Shown: positions 1 through 12,610 of the stretch, in pieces
How the letters are laid out: every line of letters starts with the position of its first letter
Numbering within the stretch: the first letter of the stretch is position 1
Source of the DNA: Octopus sinensis
Taxonomy: Eukaryota
Direction of reading: 5' to 3'
NCBI RefSeq assembly: GCF_006345805.1
Contig: NC_043005.1
Location: 81,344,001 to 81,408,000, forward strand
DNA length: 64,000 nt
Notes under the pieces: generated by a model
Seen by the model: only the letters and a program-made list of their open reading frames with translations
Databases searched by the model: none
Told to the model about the DNA's origin: nothing
Translations under genes and position numbers: made by a program

Positions 1-39
1 CCTCTCCACGCAAAGTGGGAGGCAACTACCGATACAGCT

Positions 40-200
40 TGGCACCAGTCACTTCTCAATTCATTTCTACAGCTGAATGAACTGGAGCAACGTGAAATAA
101 AGTGTCTTGCTCACGAAAATATAAACATCATGTCCAGGAATCGAACTCACAACCTCATCATTGTGAGCTCGACGTCCTAGCCACTGCGCCACGCGCCTTC
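40..200 (-). mobile_element. tRNA-derived SINE, 5' part
   Basis: Reverse complement reads GAAGGCGCGTGGCGCAGTGGCTAGG...GTGAGTTCGATTCC (A/B-box-like head). The body ctggagcaacgtgaaataaagtgtcttgctc recurs at about 28.5, 39.8, 43.6 and 54.4 kb. Confidence 0.85.
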
Positions 201-990
201 GCATTATATTTTTATAACTAATATAATTAGGAATTTTATAAAGAAAACTTTTGAAATATTTTGTGCATCATAGAAGCATAACGAATTTCTTGCCCATCCG
301 TTTGAATAACAAATTCTTACAGGGACCACCAAGGGCCATATGGACCCTAGTTGAGTAACACTGATCTAGAGGAAGCATTTCGTACGGATGTGTAACAATT
401 AAAATATTGAAGCATATCAGTATCAGCCGAACTGTTTCTCATGTCCGTAGTAAAATTTCTAAACATATATTGCTGCTTTGTGAGCGTCACGTGCTCAACA
501 CTTAAACACTTTTCGACTGCTTCTGATACATTTCTGAAACCATGCGTGCATACAAGAGACTTGCTCGAAACGATAGCGCTGTCTAGCAGACTTTCAATAA
601 TATATTCGATTTAAACATGTTATATAGAATGTTAAGAATGATAGTTATTAAGAATTTTTAAAAAGTCAAATGTTACAAGCATTAATTACATAGTATGAAA
701 TATATTATTAATGTAATTACTACTACTACTGCTACTACTACAGAGATGATGCATTTGAGTTATTCCTTCCTCAGATACTAGATTTTATCTACATTGACTT
801 TGAGGTCAGATGCCTTCAGTAATTTTAAGGAAATTGTGAAAACGTGGCAGCATTTCCTTGTAAGGCCACCATGATTTTTTTTTTTGCAAATTCTTGGCTT
901 TAGATATTAAAACATCCGTTAACCTGATGTTGAATATTGAAAGACTCACTCCCATTTACATTAGTTTGTATTCATTACGTTAAGATTATC

Positions 991-1359
991 CTTTTCTACT
1001 CTAGGCACAGGGACCGAAATTTGGGGGGAGGTGGACAGTCGACTAGGTCGACCCCAGTACGCTACCGGTACTTAATTTATCGACCCCAAAATAATGAAAG
1101 GCAAAGTCATCCTCGGCGGAAGCAAAACAATTACTGGTCCTTTCTATTATAGGCACAAGGCCTGAAATTTAGAGGGAAGGGGCCAGTCGGTTACATCGAC
1201 ACCACCAGTACACAACTGGTACTTATACTATCGACCCTGAAACGATGAAAGGCAAGGACGATCTCAACAGAATTTGAACTCAGAACGTAGAAGCAGACGA
1301 AATACTGCTAAGAATTTCGACCGGTGCGCTAAATATTTTTCTGCTAGCTCGCTGCCTTA
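991..1359 (-). mobile_element. Two tandem copies of a second SINE family (first copy truncated)
   Basis: Units 991-1121 and 1141-1359 share atcgacccc..ctggtactta.tttatcgacc...aaaggcaaagtc..cctcggcggaatttgaactcagaacgta, also seen at 39.4, 41.9, 53.2 and 60.7 kb. Confidence 0.85.
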
Positions 1360-1384
1360 TTACGTTATATATATATATAAAACA

Positions 1385-1590
1385 GATATAACAGCTAGAG
1401 CTCCACGGGTCTCCGGCGGGATGTGCGGCCGATCCCTGCTGTACTCTTTCGCCACAACTTTCTCTCTTTCTTCTGTTTGCCTGCTCGCTTAGCCAGCGGG
1501 GTGGCGCCATTTAAAGGCTAAAACAATGCGAAGCGCACTGTGACCAATGATGTGTAGCAACATCTGATAGCCTGTTCGGTCACGGTGATA
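1385..1590 (-). mobile_element. GC-rich interspersed-repeat fragment, probably the end of a retroelement
   Basis: GC-rich island between (TA)n tracts. It resembles a common cephalopod repeat from memory; family not determined. Confidence 0.45.
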
Positions 1591-1930
1591 TATAATATAT
1601 ATATATATACGTGTGTGTGTGTGTGTGTGTATAATATGAAAGGTTTACTTTACTTCAGATCTAAATGGTGGGTTAATGCAATGGCAATTCCAACGTTAGG
1701 TTCCAAGATCGCAACTACAGTTAAATCTAGGGATCCGTGTTACGGTTCCCTTATAATATGTATATATGATATTACAGGAAAAAACAAAAGCAAGGCTTTA
1801 AACGAGTATCTCAAGTCATTCAGAATAAATTTAATATGGGTAGGTGAATTTCAAGTCTTACAGCCGTTTCTAGGATAACCTAGATAACATATACATACAT
1901 ACACATATATAAATGTATATATATACATAT

Positions 1931-2310
1931 TCTTTTACTTGTTTCAGTCATTTGACTGCGGCCATGTTGGAGCACCGCCTTTAATCGAGCAACTCGACCC
2001 CGGGACTTATTCTTTTGTAAGCCCAGTACTTATTCTATCGGTCTCTTTTGCCGAACCACTAAGTAACGGGGACATAAACACACCAGCATCGGTTGTCAAG
2101 CAATGCTAGGGGACAAACACAGACACACAAACACACACACGCATATATATACATATATACGATGGGCTTCTTTCAGTTTCCGTCTACCAAATCCACTCAC
2201 AAGGCCCGAGGCTATAGTAGAAGACACTTGCCCAAGGTGCCACGCAGTGGGACTGAACCCGGAACCATGTGGTTGGTAGACAAGCTACTTACCACACAGC
2301 CACTTCTGCG
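1931..2310 (-). mobile_element. Near full-length tRNA-derived SINE with internal (CA)n(TA)n
   Basis: Runs from tail gtttcagtcatttgactgcggccatg to head gggactgaacccggaaccatgtggttgg...accacacagccac. Homologous copies at 15.7, 18.0, 53.9, 60.9 and 63.4 kb. Confidence 0.9.
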
Positions 2311-2779
2311 CGTCCATATATATATATATACAAACACACACAGACACACGCACACACATACACACACACATATAAATAAATATATATATTTATATATGTC
2401 GGAGCCTCGTTGACCTTAGGCGTTTTCGCTCAATAAACACTACGCGAGTCTGCTGCCCTAACCACTGGGCCATTGCGCCTTCGCACACACACACACACAC
2501 ATGCATATATATATGTATATATATATGTATATATATATAAACGTGAAGACTGAGAGAGATACATAGATATAGGTGTTTATTGGCAATTTTCTTTCGACCT
2601 ATTTTTAAAACCGATAAATATATTCCCAAGTTTGTGCTGATTGCACAAAGCACTCCGTTACATATACTCACGCTTACATATATTATCGACCGCACATTCT
2701 CATTGTGGATGTTGTTCGCCGCTTCGCTGCGGTGTAGGCAATTTTAAATGCCGGTACAAACACAAAAATTATACGCAAA

Positions 2780-2930
<151 letters not shown>

Positions 2931-3930
2931 ATGCTTTTTTCAGTTTCCTTCGCTCACATCCACTCACAAGTTTTTGATGGACTCACAGCTAAAGTAGAGA
3001 TCTTGCCAAAGGTGCACATTTTTTTTGTATTTTATCCCCAAAATATTATATTAATATATCTAATAGTTTATCCGCATAATTACTTCTATTTGTATGTATG
3101 TATGAATGCGTGTATGTATGCATACGTATATATGATTGTGGTTGTTTTATTGAGCAGATATGCCATAAACCTTTGGTCACAATTTCAATAAATATATACC
3201 TAAAATAGATAATGAAATATTTATAGTTCAGTATTAAATTAAACTTTACAATCCAAATATTAGCAGCAGAGACATTTTAGTTCATTGTTTTTTTAAATCA
3301 TGATGTTGCTCGCTAGTCAAATAATTTTTTAGTCGCGCTCTATTTGCTACTTCTATGGGCTGTCTTCTCTATAAATATAGTTTACACGAAGTATTTTCTT
3401 ATAATTTCCATATAATTATATTTACGTGTATTCCTGAATGTAAATTTTCGGAATAAACGTAAATTTACCATTATTTTCCTTTATACATTTTTCATACATT
3501 GCTTTATTCATTTTTCAAGCGTTATAACACTGAACGAACACGATATACAAAACATACTCGCTAAGTTTGTACAATATATATTGTAAACATATCACATCTC
3601 CTTTGTGTAATTTCTATCATACTCAATTCTGTTATTTTTTTACGTTCATAATTTTTGACTACAAGTATATTAATTGAAAATATACAATTGTCACATACAT
3701 TTATTCTTGAAAAATAAAAATTGTATTTAACTTTCTGCCTGTCAATATATTAACATATCTATTGAACTATTTATCCATCTATATATCAGTCTGTCAAATG
3801 ATCTCATGTTTCTCTACTTATCTATTGATATCTGTTTTAATTCGTCTGTATCATAAAGTAAGAAGAATTAACAGTAATTGCTTGACTAAGAATCTGAGAT
3901 TGTCTAACATAACAGTATTTCAATAACATC

Positions 3931-6300
3931 ATGAAATATATTCTTGCATTTGCTTTCCTTCTCATAGCTAGTTTCAAAATTCGCTCAGCCACTTTTAGCG
4001 CTTAGAAACTAGTTTCTTGTCATACAATATACAGAGTTCTTGTCTGATATTATACAATTAAATAACGATTTGCTATATAGGAACAATTTTCATAGAAAAT
4101 TCACTGCTTTTATTTCCAGTTAAACTTCTGATTCCAAAAGATAATTTGAACATCGTAGGAATGAGATAAAAAGTCACGTGAAGTAGGTTTGCTTTTCAAG
4201 GGGCATTTGAGTGATGCATTACGTTATATATGGAACAATTAACAAATTAGTAATTAATGCTCCAGGTATATATATATATCAATCTTACAATAATATACTT
4301 CAGTATCGCCAATTTTCTTTAGAACATTATAAGGGAATAAATCTCTTTTCTTCTCATTCCTTTTGAATTTTAGTCTGTGTGTTTGTCATTTTTCTTGACA
4401 TAAATGCTAAAGACGAGCAAAATGATAACAAAATTTATATATATTTTAGACAGGTACACGATTGTTATATGTAAGAATTTATGCATTCGGTCTGGATTAT
4501 AGTGTTACCTACACCGGATCAGGAAAAGATAATTCATTCGAATTAAATTCGTCTCATTAAATTATAACGTGTATTATTAAGTTTTTCTTGTAAAGATGTT
4601 AGACTAATGACAACTGTACGATTAGTTCATCCTCGCCACTGTCACTGTGTAGTGTCTAGACACAAATCATATGCGAATCGAGTTACTGAAGATTATCGAC
4701 AAGTAATTGTGTTCTGTATATACTTATATGTAAGAGATGTGGGAAACAAAGGAAGAGTATAATTTATGAGGTGTAATTAACTTGTAGCTTTCGCCAATGA
4801 TGCCGATTCCATCCTAAATCAATTACCAAATACCTACTGATACAAGTGAACTGGTTGTATGTTCCAGTAAGTAATATGCTTTGTTTGAAATAGCAGAACA
4901 TCTGAGAATATTCTCTTATATTGAAAAAAGGTCGCTGACCTCCAGTAACAATAATAAGAATACCGTACGAGCCAACTGTAAAGTATCTGCGAGCTATATT
5001 TACTTTAGACGTAGCAACTCTATCTCCCTTATAGCATATTCTTATATCATGCGTCATATCATATTCATATACACTATTTTGGAATATAGTATTAGACAGA
5101 CAGAAGGGTAAGGGCTGATGGGAGACGGAACACATTTCTTTTTAGAAAAGGTTTTGATTTGGTACATATGGATAAGAAACAATTAAAAAAACAAGGAGCT
5201 GAATGTCATTGACAAATTTCCACATTCGGCTTTAGTCCTTTAAATATTGACAGATTCATAAAAATGGAGAATATTTTCAATGCAAGAAACTAAGTGTGGA
5301 GAAAGGAGGGCTTTGTACGCAAGAATCCTATATAATATATATATATATATTATACAATAATATATTTCAGCATCAATATTATATTACAGGTAAAAATATA
5401 TCCATTTATTTTGAAACACTCTGTGTATATCTGATGATATAAAGACATTATTTAGATTCAGTATGGCACCCTCCGGGCGGTCGTTATTGTGAAGTTTGGT
5501 TGTAGGGGGTAACTATTTCCTTACAGTGAGAGACACCATTAAAATTTTGAATTTGAAATCAAAGAAGTTTTCAAAAACACAAATAGCTTACACTCACTCA
5601 TACACACGCTAACACACACATACGCACCTTCACACGCACATATATATATACATGATTAAATTATTTTATCTACAGGGAATTCCTTTAAAATACTAGTTTG
5701 TGATAATCATAGACAGTACTATTTTTATCTCCTTCGTAATCTTCAGCATGACTTAATCTGTAAATTTGTTAGTTATATAACGAAAAGAAATAATGCTGTA
5801 TAGTAAAAGATTAAATAAATTACAATCCCGAGGGAATTCATGAAATGTTTCCAGGGTTTCTCTTTCCCTGGACGCTATAGGTTTCCAAATTAATAGAGAC
5901 TGAAGGGCGTTCATGGTGTTATTGTATAAAGCAGTGCTACGCAACCTTTTTTCACTTGCGGTACGCTCATGTTCTTTGCAAAATGCGGCGGCACCGCTGA
6001 ACTAGAGATATAACTAAAAGTGTAGCGGAATATATTATATTTAGGCTACACTACGGCGCACTTAGAATTGTCTCGTGGCATACTAGTGTGCGGTGGCACA
6101 CTGGTTGCGGAGCACTGGTATATAGAGTAATAATAGTTTCCAAGGATTTTCTACCCAGTGAAAATATTTTAGAGCTATCAGTTATTCTAGCATTAACTAT
6201 AAACGACTTTACAAACTTTTATCAATATTGGTTTCGTGTAGATATCTTTGTTGGCTGCTTTCTTTTAATTCCTCTTCATAGCCAAACAGACTCACATTCA
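3931..6300 (+). pseudogene. Candidate heavily decayed LRR-TM-TIR (Toll-like receptor-type) gene relic
   Basis: By-eye translation gives these motifs in order on +: signal-peptide-like MKYILAFAFLLIASF (3931); LRR-like LETSFLSYNI; PRHCHC (about 4633); IPTDTSEL (about 4830); hydrophobic ILISCVISYSYTLFWNIVL (5038-5094); YYFYLLR; TIR-like FVSY (5765), FPGRY (5864) and RVIIVSKDFLPSE..LEL. Many stops and frameshifts; not verified by search. Confidence 0.3.
5932..6117. mobile_element. hAT-type MITE (186 bp)
   Basis: 15-bp TIRs cagtgctacgcaacc / ggttgcggagcactg (1 mismatch). 8-bp TSD gtataaag / gtatatag. CAGTG ends plus an 8-bp TSD are typical of hAT elements. Confidence 0.85.
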
Positions 6301-6790
6301 TAAACACACAGCACATTCCAGCCCTCATATTTTAGATTTTGGTATGTGAAAGTTAATAGAAACCAAAAAAGAAATCTCTTTGGTATATAACTGCTATAAA
6401 TCCTCCTTTCGTTTCCTAATTTAATTGCTGTCAATAAGGTCCTCATGTTTTTCTACTACCAAATGTTGATTTTATCGATAAATATACACGTTGACCCTTG
6501 TCAAAGGAAATCAATATTAGTTGACGTTATGACTATATTAAAGGAGATGCTATTCATATTATTAGCGCACACTACATTCCTTGTGGAGTTATTCAAGAGA
6601 CAAGCATTATACAAATCAATATTTTTAATTATTGTTAGTAAATAATCTATTATATATATTTCCAAAGTTAAAAACGGCAAAAATATATGAAAACCTGAAG
6701 GAACAGATAACTATTCTAAAAATATGAATGTAATATTATTGCGTTTATAGATTTCCTTTTCATTAGTGTGTTGTTATCAATTACGTTCTT

Positions 6791-6822
<32 letters not shown>

Positions 6823-6988
6823 CATAATAATAATAATAAATTTGTCCACATTGGGAGGAGTGGATGAGTGGATTAGATCGACCCCAGCGTTCTACTGGTA
6901 CTTATTTTATCGACCCTGAAAGGATGAAAGACAAAGTGACCTGATTGAATAATAATAATAAGAAGAACAACAATAAGAAGAAGAATAT

Positions 6989-7542
6989 TGCCCCGATGCA
7001 ATACAAGACTTTGGCTCTCATGGTTTCTGATCTTATCTCATTGGAAATGTTATCATGTGCATGATTTTTCTTGGTATAAAAGATGGGCTACAGCAAATAT
7101 TCAGCTCAATACCACAAATTTTCTTGTGAGCTGTTTGACTTTAATCGATTGAGCATGTCCCTTAGTGGCTGACAATATTTACATCTCTGATCACGAGCAG
7201 AAGTAGTTTTGGGAGCATCATAACCACGTTTGGAAAGGAATTCTTTGGGGTTTGAACAACTCACCTCTGGAATCATGGGTGTTTTTTTCAACATCCTTAA
7301 ACTTTATTCGGGGACATTTTGAGCGGGATGCGCTACTCGACCTGAAAAAAATTTTTACTGGGCCACACCAGCAATGTCATGCGCTGTTCATCTTGATAGA
7401 AGATCACCATGTCGTACACATTTTTTTTGTGATGCATGAGCCTTTTGTACCCATATCAGACGGATAGTCTTGACGGGTATACTAGGATTCGTATAGTTGT
7501 ACCCCAGTGTCACTTTGATTGCATGCACTGCTCTCTCACTCA
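6989..7542. mobile_element. About 550-bp interspersed element flanked by (TAA)n, copy 1
   Basis: Homologous along its length to 7561-8056 and, inverted, to 51713-52222. Confidence 0.85.
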
Positions 7543-7560
7543 ATGATAATAATAATAACT

Positions 7561-8056
7561 ACTCTGATGCTGTACCAGGCAGTTACTCACATGGTTTCTG
7601 ATCTTTTCTGTGCATTGTTTTGTCTTGAATAAAATATGGGCTACAATAAATATCCTGCTCCATACCACAGATTTGCTAGTCTGCTTTTTACCCCCGTTGA
7701 GCATTTCCCTTAGTGAGTAGAAATATTGGAGGAGCATCAGAGCCATGTTTTGAGAAAATTCTTTGAGGTTCGAATAATTCTCCTCTTGTAGCGTAGGTGC
7801 TTTTTTCAACATCCGTAAATAAAATAAATCTTATTCAGAAACCATTTGATTGGGATGGGCTACTCGACCTGAAGAAAGTTCTAACTGGGCCACCTGCAAT
7901 GTTATGCACTGTTTATCTTGCTTTAAAGTGTGGAATTCACCATGTCGCGCACATTTGGCTGTGATGCATCTGCCTGGTGTAACCTTATCAAACAGCTAGT
8001 CATGATGGATATATTTGTAACCCAGTGTCAATTTGATGGCATGCACTGCTCTCTCA
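7561..8056. mobile_element. Same (TAA)n-flanked element, copy 2 (tandem, diverged)
   Basis: Shares catggtttctgatctt, gggctac, gctactcgacctgaa, ccagtgtca and gcatgcactgctctctca with copy 1. Confidence 0.85.
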
Positions 8057-10429
8057 ATAATAATAATGAGAATTAAAACAGTGTGCAAATGTAAGCTTTC
8101 AAGTATGTGTTCCACATTTCCTATGAAGACGAGAGCGTCAGCTTGAGAATGTGACATCTTGCATCATGATTGTTCCACTCTAATAAATTTCAACTAAAAA
8201 ATACATTCTTTTTTTCACATACTTTCTCCATAAACTGTCAATTGAAGATTTCAATATGGTTAAATATACATTTCTTTAAAGTGTGGAATTCACTATTGAA
8301 ACATTCACCTCTTCTCTTTTCCTTGTTTGTCAGGAACATTAACACAGAACGTGTTCATTCTCAAAACGATTTACTGTATATATTCACCGTGCCGTTTTAG
8401 TTCACAAGGAAGTACAATAGTTACTTTCTCCCACATTGTTTCTCATTCTCTCTCACATTCATCTGTAACTCTCGCAGGCATACCCATATATATTAAACCA
8501 TAAATGCATTATTACATGCAATATATATCATTATTATTGTATCTGGTACACATATAATTATATGCACTACATAATTATTAGCACATATTTCATTAAATAT
8601 TTATTGCGTTTGTAATGTGAACCAATATAAATGATGCAATTAATATGCATCATATCATAATAAACATACTTTAACATGTATATTTTATGAATATATACAT
8701 GATAAATATATGTGTGTATATATACATATATATTTATATATGTATGTATATGTGTGTGTGTAAGCATATGACAGTATTCCCATGCATGTGTATGAGCAAA
8801 AGTAGTCCATTACATATATAAGTATTGTGTGATTTGCATTGCTCTTTATACACTTTTGTAACAAAAACTAGCATCCGTAATACTTGTAATGTTGGCATGA
8901 ATTCTTGATAAGGAAGAATAAAATCTAATCCCGATATTAAACAAATAAAATGATCATAAAATAATGAAATGAAAATAACATGCAAAGGCACTAGGCATCA
9001 TTACTAGCTGAATTGCTACTCTACTTGGCATTAAAGAGATATCAGCACTAGCATTTCACAACAAGCAACATTAACACTGGAAACAAATATCAAATGAATA
9101 TAAAAATCAAATTAAAATGCATTGATGCTAATATTTCTTTTTATTAATAAAACAAACTATGAAAACGGATACTACATCCAAATAATATATAGTAATTTAT
9201 ACATGAAAGGAAACTAATGAAAATAAAAATAAACGAAAATCTACTGAACAAACAGAAAGAAAATTTTATGAGGAGTGATATAAACAAAGTAGGTATACAA
9301 ACATTAATAAATAAATAATATAGGAAAATATCCCTAAAAAAAGATCTACTCTCAAACCAAACCTCCATAATCTAAAGAAATAAACTAATCACAAGAAGAG
9401 AAATAGTCCCCACCCCCGTTTGATAATATCTGAAATATTTCATTACCCTCTCTTCTCTGCCGGAAAATAGCTGACTTCCAACGGAACCTACAATGGAGGG
9501 GAGCAAAAACATTGCATACAACCTGTAGATATCGAAGTTAGAATTAAGGAAACAATCAACACTTACTCTCTGTTTGGTAAAGTAATATTAATCCTTCTTC
9601 TTATGCCAATTTATACAGTATATCTTTATATCATAACTGTTACTCTTTGCCGTGTAACCGAAAGCTAAAATATCGGAAATTTATTTTTTAAAGCTTACAA
9701 TTGTTAACATTTGATAATTCTATGCAGGGCTGCATGTGACCATTTCAATGTTTCGGGATATATACATTGTTATCAATATATAGGGCTATCAACGAACAAA
9801 TATGTAAACAACAAAAGTAGCTGTTACTTTAAGGATATTTATTCACTTTGGTCAATTACTTCAACCAATTAAATAACCCACTAGATAAAATTAGATACAG
9901 GATTTTATACGAAAATGCAAGATAAACAAAAAATATAAAGCATTGTCAATCTGTGATCAGTCGGTTTACGTCTTATAATTAAGGGTAAATCTTCTAATGG
10001 ATAAAACTAGAATTTTTTCAACGACAAATATGGATTTAAGAAAGCCGGAGTTAACAATATGGATCAATGTCTACACTTGAGATATTAACTTTTCCCGAAG
10101 AATTGATAGTTTCCATATAACTAAACTTACATTCAAGCAAATTCTACATACGTCTCAGCATATCTGTGCGAATGTGTGCGTGTGTGATTACAAACAATGA
10201 ATATAAACATGGACAGGCACAAGCACACTCCTTTACACGCGTATATACGTATTCATAAAGCAGCATATATTTACATATAATGTACGGATATACAAAAACC
10301 TAACTGCACATGCACACGCATATAGTTACATACATGCAGACTTATATTGATACATGAGCTTATTCAAACTATAAGTCTATAAAGCTGTTTATGCTACCGC
10401 ATGCAATGGGTACACAGAGCGAAAAGGCA

Positions 10430-10440
10430 TACATACATAC

Positions 10441-10471
<31 letters not shown>

Positions 10472-10504
10472 CATACACATGTATATATATATATATATAC
10501 GCAC

Positions 10505-10553
<49 letters not shown>

Positions 10554-10847
10554 CATACACATGTATATATATATATACAGATGTATATATATATATATAT
10601 ATATATATACATACACATGTATATATATATATATACAGATGTATATATATATATATATAATATATACATACACATGTATATATATATATACATGTATATA
10701 TATAATATATATATACATACACATGTATATATATATACACATGTATATATATATATATATGGATATATATATATGCATGTGTTATATATATATACATACA
10801 CATGTGGATATATATATATGCACATGTGTATATATATATACATACAC

Positions 10848-10878
<31 letters not shown>

Positions 10879-11020
10879 CATGGATATATATATACATACA
10901 CATAGATATATATATATATACACACATGGATATATATATATATACCCCCATAAAAATACACATGTATATATATGTATATACACACACACATATGCATGTG
11001 TGTGTGTGTGTGTGTGTATA
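10430..11020. repeat. Long cryptic (TA)n/(CATGTATA) microsatellite array
   Basis: Directly visible; accounts for the overlapping Y/I/H/T-rich ORFs. Confidence 0.95.
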
Positions 11021-12069
11021 CGCTCATACTTCATGCAGTTTCATTAACTCAGACAAACCATAACTATGCTTCCGAACAATTTTCCATCACATTTTCTAAC
11101 AATACATATAACACATATAAAGTTCGTATATAATATGAATTCTAATTTCTACATGACTGAATGGAACGATTCGAAGATGAGAAGAAACAGAGCAAATGTT
11201 AGGATTTATGTAAGAATCGCTACATATAGAGATTCAAGTAGTGAGACAGAGCTACAGACATTAAACATTGTACTTTAGAGATTTCGAAGCATTGGATGTG
11301 CTGAGAGGGTCAAAGAGTTGGATGGGATTCAGAGGGAAGGAACTACATAAATAAAAATAATAATCCAAAATTTTGAAATTTAATTAAAAGAAAACAAATG
11401 AAATTATTGATGGTAAACGTACAGTAATACATGTTGAGACATGTTGATACATACTATGTGCAGACGATAATAATCTTAAGCGTCATTTTATGTCCAATCT
11501 TTGTTTAATCTAGCTCTGTTAATAAGTTATCAACCCATAGACTATAAGTCAAAGATAGAACATTACATATCACTATATATGATTGTAAAATAAGTTACTG
11601 GTATAGTGGAAACGTTGTCAGTTTTATAATTAGGACAAATAGTGTTATCTTTTGCACAGTGATGCGTAGGCACCATCTTGCCAATGAACCCTCGATGCCA
11701 GGAATACAAGCATCAAGAATTACCTATTGAATGCAACAAGATCTAAATACAAAGATCGAAGACAGAAAACTACATATTTCTAGAAAAAACTATTTACACA
11801 GAATGCCATCAATACGTATACCAAAAATTTCCTCGAAACATATATTTGTCATTTGAAGAATATAAATCATGTGAGGATCACCAGTTCAATATAATTCGTT
11901 AACACATAAGCTTGAGTAATAACTTTTAAACAATGCCTCCAAATCGGACCGCAAGCACGTAATCGATACAAAGGCCAATTCTTCATGAATTGCCAGAATT
12001 TGTACGTATCTCAAAATTCGTGAAAGTTCTGTATGTATTATTTATGTAAGGAGAGTTATTACTCTTAAT

Positions 12070-12107
<38 letters not shown>

Positions 12108-12356
12108 TATATATATATGTACATATGAGTGTACTTATACATCAACACACATATATATATATATGTATATATATACATAATATATATACACATATATTCA
12201 TACATATATATATATAAATACTTGTGTGTATATATATATATATATATATAATATATATATATATACACATACATTGACAGAGCATTAAAATTTTTAAATG
12301 GTGAAGCATACATCCTCATAACTTGTTTATTACAGCATTATATACCTCACTTTTGG

Positions 12357-12610
12357 GAAGGCACGTGCCTTATTGAGTAGAGTATTTGGCTCACGATCGT
12401 AACGTAGGGAATTCATCTGGCAAAAATGAGTAGTACCTTTCTTTTCAAGGACTATCCTTATCATATTTTGTGTCACGCTGAATCTCCCTACATTAAGGGG
12501 TACGCGTGCCTGTGGAGTGCTCAGCCACTTGCATATTAATTTCACGAGTACGCTGTTCTGTTGATCTGATCAACAGGAACTCTAGTCGTCGCAACTGACG
12601 GAGTTTCCAT
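12357..12610 (+). mobile_element. tRNA-derived SINE (internally deleted)
   Basis: Head gaaggcacgtgcc...; body gagtgctcagccacttgca..ttaatttcacgag shared with 28312-28632 and 43512-43830. Confidence 0.8.

Noticed and set aside
4788-4866. AG...GTAAGT-bounded segment as a coding exon
   Set aside because: Stops in all three frames; could only be non-coding.
9567-9664. Minus-strand segment with strong acceptor and GTAAGT donor
   Set aside because: Stops in all three frames and no linked exons found.
10369-11063. Long overlapping ORFs (up to 221 aa)
   Set aside because: Translations of (TA)/(CA) microsatellite; open on both strands; no protein signal.
11660-12030. Possible Penelope-like RT relic (also 35090-35360)
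   Set aside because: Only faint by-eye motif resemblance; too weak to call without a search.
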